Shown: positions 1 through 9,814 of the stretch, one piece after another
How positions within the stretch are numbered: the stretch's first letter is position 1
Layout of the letters: every line of letters begins with the position of its first letter
NCBI GenBank assembly: GCA_046327845.1
Contig: JAXLXQ010000009.1
Coordinates: 25,932 to 89,931, forward strand
Direction of reading: 5' to 3'
Length of the DNA stretch: 64,000 nucleotides
DNA from: Candidatus Eiseniibacteriota bacterium
Lineage (GTDB): Bacteria > Eisenbacteria > RBG-16-71-46 > CAIMUX01
The notes under the pieces: model-generated
Seen by the model: the letters and a program-made list of their open reading frames with translations, nothing else
Told to the model about the DNA's origin: nothing
Databases searched by the model: none
Position numbers and translations under genes: made by a program

Positions 1-2816
1 AGTCCGCGTTCGCCCAGCGAGCGAGCGATGGATAGGGCGCGCTCCCAGTTCTCGCGTGCCTCCTGCGCGCGGCCCTCGCCGACGTTGAGCTCACCGAGAA
101 AGCCCAATGCAACGCACTCCGGCCTGCCGGCGCCGATCTCGCGGCTCCGTAGGATTGCCGCTTCGGCGGACGTGCGGGCCTCCTGCTGCCGGCCGAGGAG
201 GAGGAGCGGAAGCGCGAGGGAACTCAGAGCCTCGCACTCCCCGGCCTGATCGCCAACGCTCCGATACAGCGTCAGCGCCGCCTCGCAGTGGTCAACGCTC
301 GAAGCGGTGAGTCCGGCCGGGGTCTCGGCGCTAGCGACGGTTAAGAGCACCCACGCGCGTTGCCCTTCGTCGAGGGTGGTTGCCTCGAGCACTTCGAGTC
401 CGAGATCGAGCAGGGCGCGGTACGGCCCGCGACGCGAGATCACCGCCTGGCAGGCACGAAGCGCGGCGACAGCGGTTGCGCAGTCTTCACGCCCCACCGC
501 GCGTCGACAGGCCTGGGTAAAATTCCCGAGTTCGGATTCGAGGTCGCGCCAGGGTAAGGCCGCCTTCGCCATGCGTGCGTAGTACTCGCCGTGACGCCGA
601 AGGGCGGCGGCCTCCGAACCGTCGCCGTTCGGCCGCGGTTCCGTCGCCTCGTCCGCCGCCGCGCGCAGCTTCGTCCGCGCGTATTCCTGGAGGGACGCGA
701 GCATGCCGAACCGAAGCGTGGCCGCGCTTGCCTCCGAATGCAGCGCCGGGACCGAGGTTCGGAGCAGGTTCTTCTCCACCAGTGAAGCAAGGAGCTCCGC
801 TGCCTTCGGCGCGTCCGCCGTGCGCTCGTGGTCGAGAATCGCGTCGGCGGCTCCTAAGGTGAAGCCGCCTTCGAACACGGAGAATTGCGACCACGCCGAT
901 TTCTCCGCGGGGGAGAGCAACTCCCACGATCCTTCGAAGGCCTCCGCCAGCGTCGCGTGGCGCGCCGATCCTCCGCCGGTCAGCAGGCTGAACCTTCGGC
1001 GCATCTCCGAGACGATCTGCGTGACGCTCATCACGCGAATCCGGCCGGCGGCGAGTTCGATCGCGAGCGGCAGCCCATCCACCAGGCGCACGATCTCTCG
1101 CGCGGCCTCGGCGTCGGGGCCGGTGCACTCGAAGCCCGGGCGGAGTCGACGCGCTCGGGTCTGGAAAAGTTCGAGGCCCGCCTCGGGCGAGAGCGCCTCC
1201 GCGCGTTGCACGAGTTCCAGTTCCTCCAGCGCGAGGCGTTGGCGGCTGGTCACGAGGAATCTCGCCTCCGTCGCGCGGGCCAGCCATCGTGCGACGACTG
1301 GCGCACCGTGAGGGAGCAGTTGCTCGAAGTTGTCGAGGATGACCAGGCACTTCCCGCGCGCGGCGAGGGCATGGCCGATCTGTGCAACTGGGTCGATCGG
1401 CCGGAGCTCAACTCCGAGAGCCCGCGCGACCCCGAGGGCCAGGGTCTCCTCGTCGCGTGCCTCGGTCAGATCCGAGAACCAGACACCGCCCGGCCAATCG
1501 CGGAGCGTCTGCCACCCAATTCGGATCGCCAGCCGCGTCTTGCCCATGCCCGCCGCGCCCACCAAGGTCACGAGCCGGCTCTTCGAGAGGTCATGCGTCA
1601 ACCCGTCGAGTTCCGCGTCGCGACTGACGAAGGGATCTCGCTCCGCCGGCAGGGAGTGGGATCGCCCGGCGCTGAGCGGACGTCGATCGACCTCGAGCGC
1701 CGGCGCTCGACCAGCGAGCGCTTCCGCCACCTCCTCCGCACGGGCGAACCGCCTTGCCGGGTCGCGGTCCAGGCATCGGCGAATCGCGCGCTCCCAGTGC
1801 TCGTTCAGTTCTGGGCGCAGCGCTCGGGGTGATGGTGCGTCTTGGTGCAGTCGACGCGCGGCGGCGTCGAGGTCACCCACCGCAAGCTCACGCGCGGAGT
1901 TCTGCGCGATCCCGTCGATCGTGTGGTCGTCGGAGAAGGGCAATCTCCCGGTTACCATCTCGAAAAGGACCACTCCCAGGGCGTAGATGTCCGCGGCTGC
2001 GCCTGCCAAACCACCCCGAAGCTGTTCCGGGGCCATGTAGGTCGGCGTTCCGAGGATCGGACCTCCTTCGGAATCGGACGGAGAAGAGCCCGACGCGGCC
2101 GACTCCGCGCGCGCGATGCCGAAGTCGGTGACCACCGCCTGCTCGCCATTCTCTCGATCGACGAGGATCACGTTCGCCGGCTTGAAGTCGCGGTGCACGA
2201 TCCCCGAGCGGTGAGCCGCGCCCAGGCCGGCCGCCATCTGCTCGGCCAGGATCAGCGCGCGCTCTGTCTCCAAGCGCTGCTCCCGCTCGAGCAGGTCGGC
2301 GAGCGTGCGCCCGCGCAAGAGCTCCATGGTGAGGAACCAGACGAGGTCGTCGCCGTCGCCATGCGAGCCGAGGTCGTAGAGGCGGCAGACGTTCGGGTGC
2401 CAGACGGTGCGGGCGAGCAGTCCTTCCATCTCCAGTCGCCGGCGTGCCTCCTCCGTGCTGACCTTGAGGTGAAGCGTCTTGAGTGCGACCGGAATCGAGA
2501 GCTCCTCGTCCCACGCTTCGTACACCTCGCCCATTCCACCTCGACCCAGGAGCGACTCGATGCGATAGCGGCCCGCGACGCGATCACCTCGATGGAACGA
2601 CGGTGGTTCATCGCCGGAGATGAGGCTGGCCCACGGCGCGGGGAGCGACTGCGCTTCCGGAACGCCCTCGTTCGACTCCAGAAAGGAACGGAGTTCTCGA
2701 CCAACCGTCACGTCGTCGCGGCATACCGCCTCGACAAAGGCGGGCCGATCTTCGGGTGGAAGGTCGAGCGCCTCGAGCAGGCGCGCCTGCAGTCGTTCCC
2801 ACTCCTCCGGCGTCAC
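1..2816 (-). CDS. Ser/Thr protein kinase fused to NB-ARC/AAA (STAND) NTPase and TPR region; 3' end runs off the window start
   Basis: Minus-strand translation (not in the ORF track because no stop lies in the window) gives kinase motifs IVHRDFKPANVIL, DFGIARA and GTPTYMAPE near 2040-2330. A P-loop LVTLVGAAGMGKTRLAIR lies at about 1574-1521. The GTG start at 2816..2814 overlaps the TGA stop of the upstream sigma factor (GTGA). Confidence 0.8.
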   Translation of the reverse strand, partial: MTPEEWERLQARLLEALDLPPEDRPAFVEAVCRDDVTVGRELRSFLESNEGVPEAQSLPAPWASLISGDEPPSFHRGDRVAGRYRIESLLGRGGMGEVYEAWDEELSIPVALKTLHLKVSTEEARRRLEMEGLLARTVWHPNVCRLYDLGSHGDGDDLVWFLTMELLRGRTLADLLEREQRLETERALILAEQMAAGLGAAHRSGIVHRDFKPANVILVDRENGEQAVVTDFGIARAESAASGSSPSDSEGGPILGTPTYMAPEQLRGGLAGAAADIYALGVVLFEMVTGRLPFSDDHTIDGIAQNSARELAVGDLDAAARRLHQDAPSPRALRPELNEHWERAIRRCLDRDPARRFARAEEVAEALAGRAPALEVDRRPLSAGRSHSLPAERDPFVSRDAELDGLTHDLSKSRLVTLVGAAGMGKTRLAIRIGWQTLRDWPGGVWFSDLTEARDEETLALGVARALGVELRPIDPVAQIGHALAARGKCLVILDNFEQLLPHGAPVVARWLARATEARFLVTSRQRLALEELELVQRAEALSPEAGLELFQTRARRLRPGFECTGPDAEAAREIVRLVDGLPLAIELAAGRIRVMSVTQIVSEMRRRFSLLTGGGSARHATLAEAFEGSWELLSPAEKSAWSQFSVFEGGFTLGAADAILDHERTADAPKAAELLASLVEKNLLRTSVPALHSEASAATLRFGMLASLQEYARTKLRAAADEATEPRPNGDGSEAAALRRHGEYYARMAKAALPWRDLESELGNFTQACRRAVGREDCATAVAALRACQAVISRRGPYRALLDLGLEVLEATTLDEGQRAWVLLTVASAETPAGLTASSVDHCEAALTLYRSVGDQAGECEALSSLALPLLLLGRQQEARTSAEAAILRSREIGAGRPECVALGFLGELNVGEGRAQEARENWERALSIARSLGERG

Positions 2817-3379
2817 GACGTGCGTTCCAACTTGCGTCGAAGCCAGATGCGCAGAAGGGTCCAGTCGCGCTTGGCGGTCGAGAGAGAAATCTCGAGCGCC
2901 GAGGCGGTCTCCTCGAGGGTCATGTCGGCAAAGAACCGACACTCGACGATGCGCGCGTGGCGGGGATTGAGCGCGGCGAGCTCCTTGAGCGCCTCGTCGA
3001 GGTCGAGGATGCGATCGATGTCGATGGCGGAGACCTCCTCGACATCGGAAAGCGAGACCTGGAGCGCGCCGCCGCCGCGCTTCGCCCGCTTCCGACCACG
3101 CGCATGGCTTACCAGGATGTTGCGCATGGCCTGCGCGGCCAGGGCGAAGAACTGCGAGCGCGATTCGAACTGCAATTCGTCGGTGCGGACCAGCTTCAGG
3201 TACGCCTCGTTGACCAGCGCCGTCGGATTCAGGGTGTGCTCGGCGCGCTCTGCGCGAAGCTTGCCCCGCGCCATTCGCCTCAGCTCGGCATGGACGAGTG
3301 GAATGAGCGCGTCGAACGCGTGGCGATCTCCTGCCCGCAGGGAGAGGAGAAGTTGGGTGACGTCCCTTGGGTCCATCAC
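2813..3379 (-). CDS. ECF-type RNA polymerase sigma-70 factor of the kinase-associated kind
   Basis: 188-aa ORF with sigma region 2 and region 4 features (…RIVECRFFADMTLEETASALEISLSTAKRDW…). It sits directly upstream of, and is translationally coupled to, the Ser/Thr kinase gene. Confidence 0.85.
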   Translation of the reverse strand: MMDPRDVTQLLLSLRAGDRHAFDALIPLVHAELRRMARGKLRAERAEHTLNPTALVNEAYLKLVRTDELQFESRSQFFALAAQAMRNILVSHARGRKRAKRGGGALQVSLSDVEEVSAIDIDRILDLDEALKELAALNPRHARIVECRFFADMTLEETASALEISLSTAKRDWTLLRIWLRRKLERTS

Positions 3380-3609
3380 GTCCTTCGATCTGGTCTTCGC
3401 CCTCGGCGTCGCGCCCCAATCCAGGCGCGGCGCCCCCTGGAGCCGGTCCGGGTCGAACCGGAATGCTCAGAGTTTACGACGCTGGTCCCGAGCCCGTCCC
3501 GCGCTCTCCTCACCGATTCGACACTCGCTAGCAACCGGCGAGCCTCCTCGCGCGATACGTCGGTCGAGAGAACTCGACTCTCGATCACCTTCGCTCTCGG
3601 AGGCTGCTT

Positions 3610-4062
3610 ATGCTGCAACCAATCCAACACCCCATACAAACCGCGGCCCCGCGCGAGGCAGAGGCAATCGACTTGGCTGCGCGGGCATCGTCAGAAGCCG
3701 GGATGGTTCAGGCGTCGAATTCCGCCGGCGAGGGGAGTTCCATCGCGCCGCGTGGAGAGGGGGCGATGGAGCCGCCCCGGGCGACCGCGCCCGAATCCGA
3801 GAAGGCGGCCCGCATGGCCGAGCTGGAGATCCAGGCCGGCAATCAGCGAGATCGCCTGCAAACGGTGCGGAAGACCCAGGAGTTTCTGTACCACGATCGC
3901 GAGTCAGGTCTGAGCTACTACCTGGTGGACGGCACGCTCGTCCAAGGCAGCTATCGCGGCGGGGAAGTGAAACGCAAGGGGACCGCGCTAGACCACCCGA
4001 GCGCGGATGCCATGCGCGAACGACGGAGCACACCGGACGACGATCGCACTCACCTCGGTTGA
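3610..4062 (+). CDS. hypothetical protein (150 aa)
   Basis: ORF with GGAGG 6 nt upstream of ATG 3610. GC is lower than in flanking antisense frames, and it is divergent from the sigma factor. No recognisable domain. Confidence 0.4.
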   Translation: MLQPIQHPIQTAAPREAEAIDLAARASSEAGMVQASNSAGEGSSIAPRGEGAMEPPRATAPESEKAARMAELEIQAGNQRDRLQTVRKTQEFLYHDRESGLSYYLVDGTLVQGSYRGGEVKRKGTALDHPSADAMRERRSTPDDDRTHLG

Positions 4063-5729
4063 TCGAGCGTGCTCGGCGTGCGATGGAGGAGCAGGTATCC
4101 CTCGCCCGTCCCGTCGTCGCGCAGAGGAAAGCGCTGCGCGATCCGAAACTCCGACCCCAACAGCTCGACGAGAGTCTGCTGGATCGGCGCGATCGCGTCG
4201 GCCGGAAGAAGCGGCGAGCCCACCTCGGATCGCGCGAAAACCTCGGCGTTCACCCGGACGAAGCACCACGCGGGACGAAGCGCGACGCAGGTCGCGGCCA
4301 ACTCTCGCATCGCCCTCTCGTCGCGGCCGAGACGCACGTCGGAGTAGCGGCCGGCGCGCTCGATGATCCGCGCCACCGCTTCGGTGGCGAGCCCTCTGTG
4401 ATCGATGACGGTGAGATCCGAGGCGTAGCCGATCCCACCGATCTCGTAGGCGAGGACGCGATCATCGGGATGGGCGTGGTCGTGCAGCCAGCGGCCCATC
4501 TCGACGTAGCGGCTGCCGACGAGCGCCGGGTTGCGGTAGCCGCGGCGGAGATCGCGGAGCACGCCGAATGTAGTGCCCAGACCGAAGAGGCAAGCGAGCA
4601 CGAAGCATGCCGCCGCGAGCGCGAGGCGCCGTTGCGACGTCGACCACCAGGCGCCGGCAAGTTCCTCTGCCTGAAGCGCGGCGAGATAGAAAAGCGGTGC
4701 GGCGCAGGGAAGCGCGAAACGCGCACCCAGCATCCAGTCCTTCGAGGCGTAGAGGAGGACGAGGAGCATGGCGAGAACCGCCGCGCGCGCCGATCGAATC
4801 GCCGCGGGCTGCGCGCTGGGCAGGTCGGTGCTCCGCGTGAGCACGCCGCGGAGCGCCAGCAGCGCGACCACGCCGCCACCGATGGCGAAGAGTCCGTCGA
4901 GGAGCAGGTAGCCCTGACGCGCGACGGTGAAGGCCAGACCCTCCACTCCATTCAGCAGCGCCCCGCGCCACGGGGTCGGCTTCGCCAGGAAGGGCGCTGG
5001 CAGCAGCGTGTGAAAGTACACGAGGCGTGCCGCGATGATCGAAAGCCCCAGGCTCCATCCAATCGCGTGTCCCCATCGTTGCGCGCGCTGCTCGCGCAGC
5101 GCAACGAACGACACGAGGCCGGCGACCAGAACCCCTTCAGGACGCCCAGTGATCGTGGCGAAGAGACCGATGGCGAGCAGCGCGGTCTCCGCGCGGAAGC
5201 CCAAGCCGAGCGCGGGGACGAGAGACGCCAGCGCCACGGCGAGCGCGAAGAAGGCTGTCTCCAATCCGAAGACGCTGGAGTAGTGCAAGGTCGGCACACA
5301 GGCCAGTGCGACCACCGTGGTACCGGCGATCGCGGGGCGCACGGCCGAGCGCACCGCAGCGCGCGCCACGAGCGCGATCAACCCCAGCGCCGAGAGCAGG
5401 CCGAGCAACTTCGAGAGCATCTCGGGGTCCCACCCCAACCTGATGCCCCCCGCGAGTAGCGCGGTCCAGAGCATCGAGGAAAAGGTCTCGATCCGCTCGC
5501 CTGGATTGAAGGTGGGCCCATCGCCGGCCGCGAGGTGCTGCGCGCAGCGGTAATAGATGAAGGCGTCGTCGACGGTCGCGAACCAGAGGGCGGCGCTCCC
5601 GGCGATCACCAGCGCGAAGGCGAGGACGAGGAGGGCGAGCGAGGGCCTTGTCCAGCTTGTCTCGCCTCGTGTCGCCAGTGATGGATCCTCCTCGGCGCGG
5701 AGGTTGGCATCGGGGCGCGATCGAGGCAA
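4050..5729 (-). CDS. polytopic membrane protein, probable GT-C-type glycosyltransferase (ArnT/PMT/arabinosyltransferase-like)
   Basis: 559 aa with many predicted TM helices and an N-terminal VDDAFIYYR motif resembling GT-C DD/DE motifs. Family assignment is by resemblance only. Confidence 0.55.
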   Translation of the reverse strand: MPRSRPDANLRAEEDPSLATRGETSWTRPSLALLVLAFALVIAGSAALWFATVDDAFIYYRCAQHLAAGDGPTFNPGERIETFSSMLWTALLAGGIRLGWDPEMLSKLLGLLSALGLIALVARAAVRSAVRPAIAGTTVVALACVPTLHYSSVFGLETAFFALAVALASLVPALGLGFRAETALLAIGLFATITGRPEGVLVAGLVSFVALREQRAQRWGHAIGWSLGLSIIAARLVYFHTLLPAPFLAKPTPWRGALLNGVEGLAFTVARQGYLLLDGLFAIGGGVVALLALRGVLTRSTDLPSAQPAAIRSARAAVLAMLLVLLYASKDWMLGARFALPCAAPLFYLAALQAEELAGAWWSTSQRRLALAAACFVLACLFGLGTTFGVLRDLRRGYRNPALVGSRYVEMGRWLHDHAHPDDRVLAYEIGGIGYASDLTVIDHRGLATEAVARIIERAGRYSDVRLGRDERAMRELAATCVALRPAWCFVRVNAEVFARSEVGSPLLPADAIAPIQQTLVELLGSEFRIAQRFPLRDDGTGEGYLLLHRTPSTLDQPR

Positions 5730-5772
5730 CGGAGAAGGCGCGGGCGAGAGCCAAGGGGAAGGCGGCGGCGCC

Positions 5773-7362
5773 TCACTCCTCGAGCGTCATGATCCAGAGC
5801 TCGGTCTTGCCCGAGCCTTCCGAGGTGAACACGATGCGCCGGCCGTCGGGCGACCAGTCGGGTTCGCGATCGCCGGCGCCGCCGAAGGTGAGCTGCACCG
5901 GATCGGATCCATCGGCGGCGACGCGCCAAAGATCGCTGCCTGCTCTGCGACCGGTGGAGTACGCGATGAAGGCGCCATCGTGCGACCAGGAAGGCGTGTA
6001 CTGGCCGTGGGCGCCTGCGCCTAACCGCGTCGGCTCGCCGCCCGCGACCGGAACCCGCCAGAGACGAACGCCGTCGCCGCTCGATCGAGTGGAGGAGAAG
6101 AGAATCCAAGCTCCGTCTCGAGAAAAGCGCGGACTCCACTCATCGACGAAGAACTCGCTGGTGAGTCGCGTGGCCTCGCGGCCGCCGATCGGAACGGTGA
6201 AGATCCACGCCTGGATCGAGGCGAAGGGCCAGTCGCCCGCACCGAAGGCGAGCTGCGTTCCATCCGGCGACCAGTCGAGCTGGTACATCTCCCAAGCGAC
6301 CGAGCAAAGAGGCTCGGGTGTACTTCCCGGGCCTGGTTGCACCTGCCATATGCCCGGCGGACTCCCGCGCTCGCTCGAGAGGATGCCGCTGAACGCGATG
6401 TGTGATCCATCCGGCGACCAAGCGGGGTAGAACGCACTGGCTTCGGACGGCGTGACCCGAACCGGCAAGGCGTCGATTGGATCGATCACGTAGATCCCGG
6501 AGGTCCGCGACGGTTCTCGCGCATCGAATGCGATCTGCCGACCGTCGGGTGACCAGCGCGCGTGCCCGGGGAATCGAAGGTTGGTGCCCTCCGCGAGAAG
6601 TCGAGTGAACCCGAGCGCCTGACGCGGTTGGTTGGACAACGCTGACCAATTTGGCCATTCGTCGGCGGTGCGAAGCGCGAAGTTCAACCAGTGGCATTTC
6701 GGCAGCCCGGAGATCAGCAGCGATTCCTTCGTCCCTGGCGCAGCGGGGGCGGGGAGACCCGAGACCGGTGTCGCGGCGTCCCAAGTTGCGTCGGTGATGG
6801 GAGAGAGCGAATAGCGCAGAGCGTAGGCCGAAGCCCGCCCCAGATTGCCGTCCCCGCCGGGGGCGGTCCACTCGAGAAGAACTTCGCCACCGGGTCGGTC
6901 GCTCGCGACGAGATCGCCCACCGCGGAGGGAGGGATCTCGTCGGTCCATTGCGCGCCCGGCACGTTCGAGAGCGCGGAGAGATTGCGCGCCTCGTCGCGC
7001 GCGCGGAGTGCGAAGAACCGGTGTCCGTAGTTCACACCGCTAATCCGCAGGTTCTCTCTCCATCCCGCGGCGTGCGGGAGCGGAAGCGATTCGACCACCA
7101 CCGCGGAGTCCCAGTTGGCCTCGGTGATTGGAGCATCGAAGTGTCGGAGCTCGTACGAGGCCGCCTGGCCAAGCATCCCATCGTCACCTGGCGCGGTCCA
7201 GAAGAGCAGCGCATCCGACGGTTCGATCACGGACACGGCGAGGTCGGTCACGGCGGACGGGGGCGTTTCGTCCCCTCGCGGACGAGTGGTGTGGTCGGAG
7301 CTGCACCCGACGAGATTCGCGAATCCAAGGAGAATGCAGGCGGCGCGCGGCAAATTCACCTG
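5773..7362 (-). CDS. lipoprotein with FN3-like repeats and a TolB-like (PD40) beta-propeller
   Basis: Lipobox LVGCSS, repeated WSPDG/… motifs typical of TolB/PD40 blades, and N-terminal tandem repeats (PSAV(T/G)DL… EWTAPGDDG). The likely start is GTG 7362 with GGGAGGG 8 nt upstream; the track gives 7398. Confidence 0.7.
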   Translation of the reverse strand, partial: QVNLPRAACILLGFANLVGCSSDHTTRPRGDETPPSAVTDLAVSVIEPSDALLFWTAPGDDGMLGQAASYELRHFDAPITEANWDSAVVVESLPLPHAAGWRENLRISGVNYGHRFFALRARDEARNLSALSNVPGAQWTDEIPPSAVGDLVASDRPGGEVLLEWTAPGGDGNLGRASAYALRYSLSPITDATWDAATPVSGLPAPAAPGTKESLLISGLPKCHWLNFALRTADEWPNWSALSNQPRQALGFTRLLAEGTNLRFPGHARWSPDGRQIAFDAREPSRTSGIYVIDPIDALPVRVTPSEASAFYPAWSPDGSHIAFSGILSSERGSPPGIWQVQPGPGSTPEPLCSVAWEMYQLDWSPDGTQLAFGAGDWPFASIQAWIFTVPIGGREATRLTSEFFVDEWSPRFSRDGAWILFSSTRSSGDGVRLWRVPVAGGEPTRLGAGAHGQYTPSWSHDGAFIAYSTGRRAGSDLWRVAADGSDPVQLTFGGAGDREPDWSPDGRRIVFTSEGSGKTELWIMTLEE

Positions 7363-7517
7363 AACGGCCCTCCCTAACTGCGCGGTCAAGCATCCCACCG
7401 CCTACGGACCGACCGCAATCGCGTTCTCCCGCCAGTTCGCATGATCGTGCGACTACCTCTCGAAACCCGCCAAGTCGATCCTCACTTACGTCCGCCGCTG
7501 AATGAGAGGAGGACGAC

Positions 7518-8054
7518 ATGCAACGCATCCGCTGGATCGCCCCGCTCTGCCTGCTCGCGATCGCGGGCATCGCGCTCGGGGCTTCACAGATCCGCCGCAC
7601 CGTGATCGCCGCCGGAGCGATGGGGGCGACGAGCGCGAACGTGCGTGTCGCCTCGACGCTCGGCCAAGAGGTCGTGTCGACGGGCAGCGCGACGAACCAC
7701 ACCCTGCGCTCCGGCTTCTGGACGCCGGGCGGCGCGACAACCGCGGTGGAGGGGGAAGCCAATGGCCTACCCACGCGATTCGCGCTGTACGCGGCCTATC
7801 CGAATCCGACGCGCGGCGCCCAGACCCTGCGCTACGACGTGCCGGCCGGCGGCGGTCGCGTCGCACTCCGCGTCTACGACGTGCGCGGCCGCCTCGTGCG
7901 CACGCTGCTCGACGCGAGCGACGCACCTGGCCGGAAGCAACTCACCTGGGATCGACGGGACGACCAGGGTCGCGACGTCGGCGCCGGGATCTTCCTCGTA
8001 AAGATGAGCGCGCCCGGCTTCGACCGCGCGCGCAAGGTGATCGTCCTTCCCTGA
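7518..8054 (+). CDS. small secreted protein with a T9SS-type C-terminal sorting domain (Por_Secre_tail/FlgD-Ig-like)
   Basis: Signal peptide MQRIRWIAPLCLLAIAGIALGA, and a C-terminus …YPNPTRGAQTLRYDVP…ALRVYDVRGRLVRTLLD…LTWDRRDDQGRDVGAGIFLVKMSAPG…KVIVLP. RBS GAGAGGAGG. Confidence 0.7.
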   Translation: MQRIRWIAPLCLLAIAGIALGASQIRRTVIAAGAMGATSANVRVASTLGQEVVSTGSATNHTLRSGFWTPGGATTAVEGEANGLPTRFALYAAYPNPTRGAQTLRYDVPAGGGRVALRVYDVRGRLVRTLLDASDAPGRKQLTWDRRDDQGRDVGAGIFLVKMSAPGFDRARKVIVLP

Positions 8055-8086
8055 CGGCCGTGAACCAGAACAAGGAGTCGAAGACG

Positions 8087-9814
8087 ATGCGCATGCGATG
8101 GGTTCTTCTCACGGTCGTCCTGCTCTGCTCGGCGCGGATGGCGCTGGCGCAGCCGACCCAAGTGAGCTACCAGGGGCAGCTCTTTGCTTCGGGCAATCCG
8201 TTCACCGGCACGGCGCAGATGCGCTTCGTGCTCTTGAGCGGCGGCACGGTGCTGTGGTCGCACGACGGCACCAGCGCGACCGGCGAAATGCCGGACACGG
8301 CGGTGCCGGTCACGGTCGACCAGGGGATCTTCAGCGTTTTCCTGGGCGGCTCCGGCATGCAGCCGCTCACCGCCAACCTGCTCTTCAACGCGTCGACCGC
8401 GACGCTCCGCATCTGGGTGGACACGGGCGGCGGCATCGAGCAGCTCTCCGACCAGGCGCTCGGCTCGAGCGCCTTCGCGCTGCACGCGGAGAGCTCGGAG
8501 CGGTCGTTCGGGACCTTCGTCGCAAACGGCTTGATTCAATCGACGAGCGGCGGCTTCAAATTTCCCGACGGAACCATCCAGACGACCGCGGCGACGGGAG
8601 TGGGGGCGAGCACACTCGATCAGGCTTACGACGGCGGCGGCAGCGGGGCCGGGCGCACCATCACCGCCGACGCCGGCGCGGTCAGCGTTCAAGGCACCGA
8701 CGGACTGCGGGTGAACGGCTCGATCGGCATCGGCCTGACCGCGACTCCCTTCTCGCGCCTCTCGATCGAGAACGTCGGCGGCAACGACACGACGAAGCTC
8801 CTCTCCTTCGACGAGGGGCAGGGAGGCGAGTTCCACTTCGAGAGCGGCTTCGCCGGCACCGGCTCGACCGGCAACTTCTTGAAGATGAACACCGCCTGGA
8901 CCACCAACGCGATGGTCTGGCGCGGCGATGGCAACATCGGCATCGGCACCACCTCACCGGGCGGGCGACTGACGATCCTGCACGCGGGGGGCAGCACCTC
9001 GAGCCCCGCGCTCGCGGCCTACGACATCTCGACCACCGGCACCTCGATCGTGGCCAGCTCCTTCGGCAGCGGGCCGACCGTCGCGCTCTCGAACGGCAGC
9101 ACCGGCGACATCCTGCAATTCGGCGACGCGATCGGCTCGCCGCAGGGTCGGATCGACAACGCGGGGCGCATCCGGCTGCAGGCACCCTTCGGCAGCGGCG
9201 TGGCGGGCGCGGCGATCTACTCCGAGAACACCACCTCGAACGGCATCGCCTACTGGGGGAAGGTGACGAGCAGCGACGCCACCCAGGTGCTCGAGCAGAA
9301 CGGCACCGGCTCGCTCATCCGCGCCTTCAAGAGCGGCTCGCTCAAGTTCGAGGTGACGAACACGGGGCGCGTGGTCACGACCGCTCTTCAGATCACGGGC
9401 GGCGGCGACCTGGCCGAACCGTTCACGATCTCGAACGGTGCGCAGGTGGAGACGGGCACGGTGCTGGTGATCGATGAAGAGCATCCGGGCCAGCTTCGCG
9501 TCAGTCGTCACGCCTACGACACGAAGGTGGCCGGCGTGGTGAGCGGCGCGGGCGGCATCGACGCCGGCATCACCTTGACGCCGGGTGAGCACCAGGCGGG
9601 CGGGCAGAACGTCGCGCTCTCCGGTCGGGTGTACGTGCTGGCCGACGCGAGCAACGGCCCGATCCATGCTGGCGATCTCCTCACCACCGCGAATCGGCCG
9701 GGTCACGCGATGAAGGCCGATGCCACGCGCGCGGCCGGCGCGGTGCTCGGCAAGGCGATGTCCTCCCTCGAGACGGGGCGCGGCCTGGTGCTGGCGCTCG
9801 TCTCGCTGCAATGA
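8087..9814 (+). CDS. secreted repeat protein, phage-tail-fibre-like (…NIGIGTTSPGGRLTI… repeats) with a conserved C-terminal GDLLTT…PGHAMKA…GAVLGKA…LVLALVSLQ domain
   Basis: The real start is ATG 8087 (AAGGAG RBS) with signal peptide MRMRWVLLTVVLLCSARMALAQP. The track ORF 7502..9814 carries an N-terminal antisense-like extension. Function unknown. Confidence 0.7.
   Translation: MRMRWVLLTVVLLCSARMALAQPTQVSYQGQLFASGNPFTGTAQMRFVLLSGGTVLWSHDGTSATGEMPDTAVPVTVDQGIFSVFLGGSGMQPLTANLLFNASTATLRIWVDTGGGIEQLSDQALGSSAFALHAESSERSFGTFVANGLIQSTSGGFKFPDGTIQTTAATGVGASTLDQAYDGGGSGAGRTITADAGAVSVQGTDGLRVNGSIGIGLTATPFSRLSIENVGGNDTTKLLSFDEGQGGEFHFESGFAGTGSTGNFLKMNTAWTTNAMVWRGDGNIGIGTTSPGGRLTILHAGGSTSSPALAAYDISTTGTSIVASSFGSGPTVALSNGSTGDILQFGDAIGSPQGRIDNAGRIRLQAPFGSGVAGAAIYSENTTSNGIAYWGKVTSSDATQVLEQNGTGSLIRAFKSGSLKFEVTNTGRVVTTALQITGGGDLAEPFTISNGAQVETGTVLVIDEEHPGQLRVSRHAYDTKVAGVVSGAGGIDAGITLTPGEHQAGGQNVALSGRVYVLADASNGPIHAGDLLTTANRPGHAMKADATRAAGAVLGKAMSSLETGRGLVLALVSLQ

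Noticed and set aside
1842-5459. 1205-aa ORF on the plus strand
   Set aside because: It runs antisense through the kinase, sigma factor and membrane-protein genes. Its composition is R/G/A/P-rich, typical of antisense frames in 70%-GC DNA. It has no recognisable domains, and real genes with clear motifs occupy the opposite strand.
8098-9477. 459-aa and other overlapping ORFs inside the tail-fibre-like gene (8098..9477, 8682..9185 and others)
   Set aside because: Alternative or antisense frames of a gene with clear signal peptide and repeat structure. R/G/H-rich low complexity.
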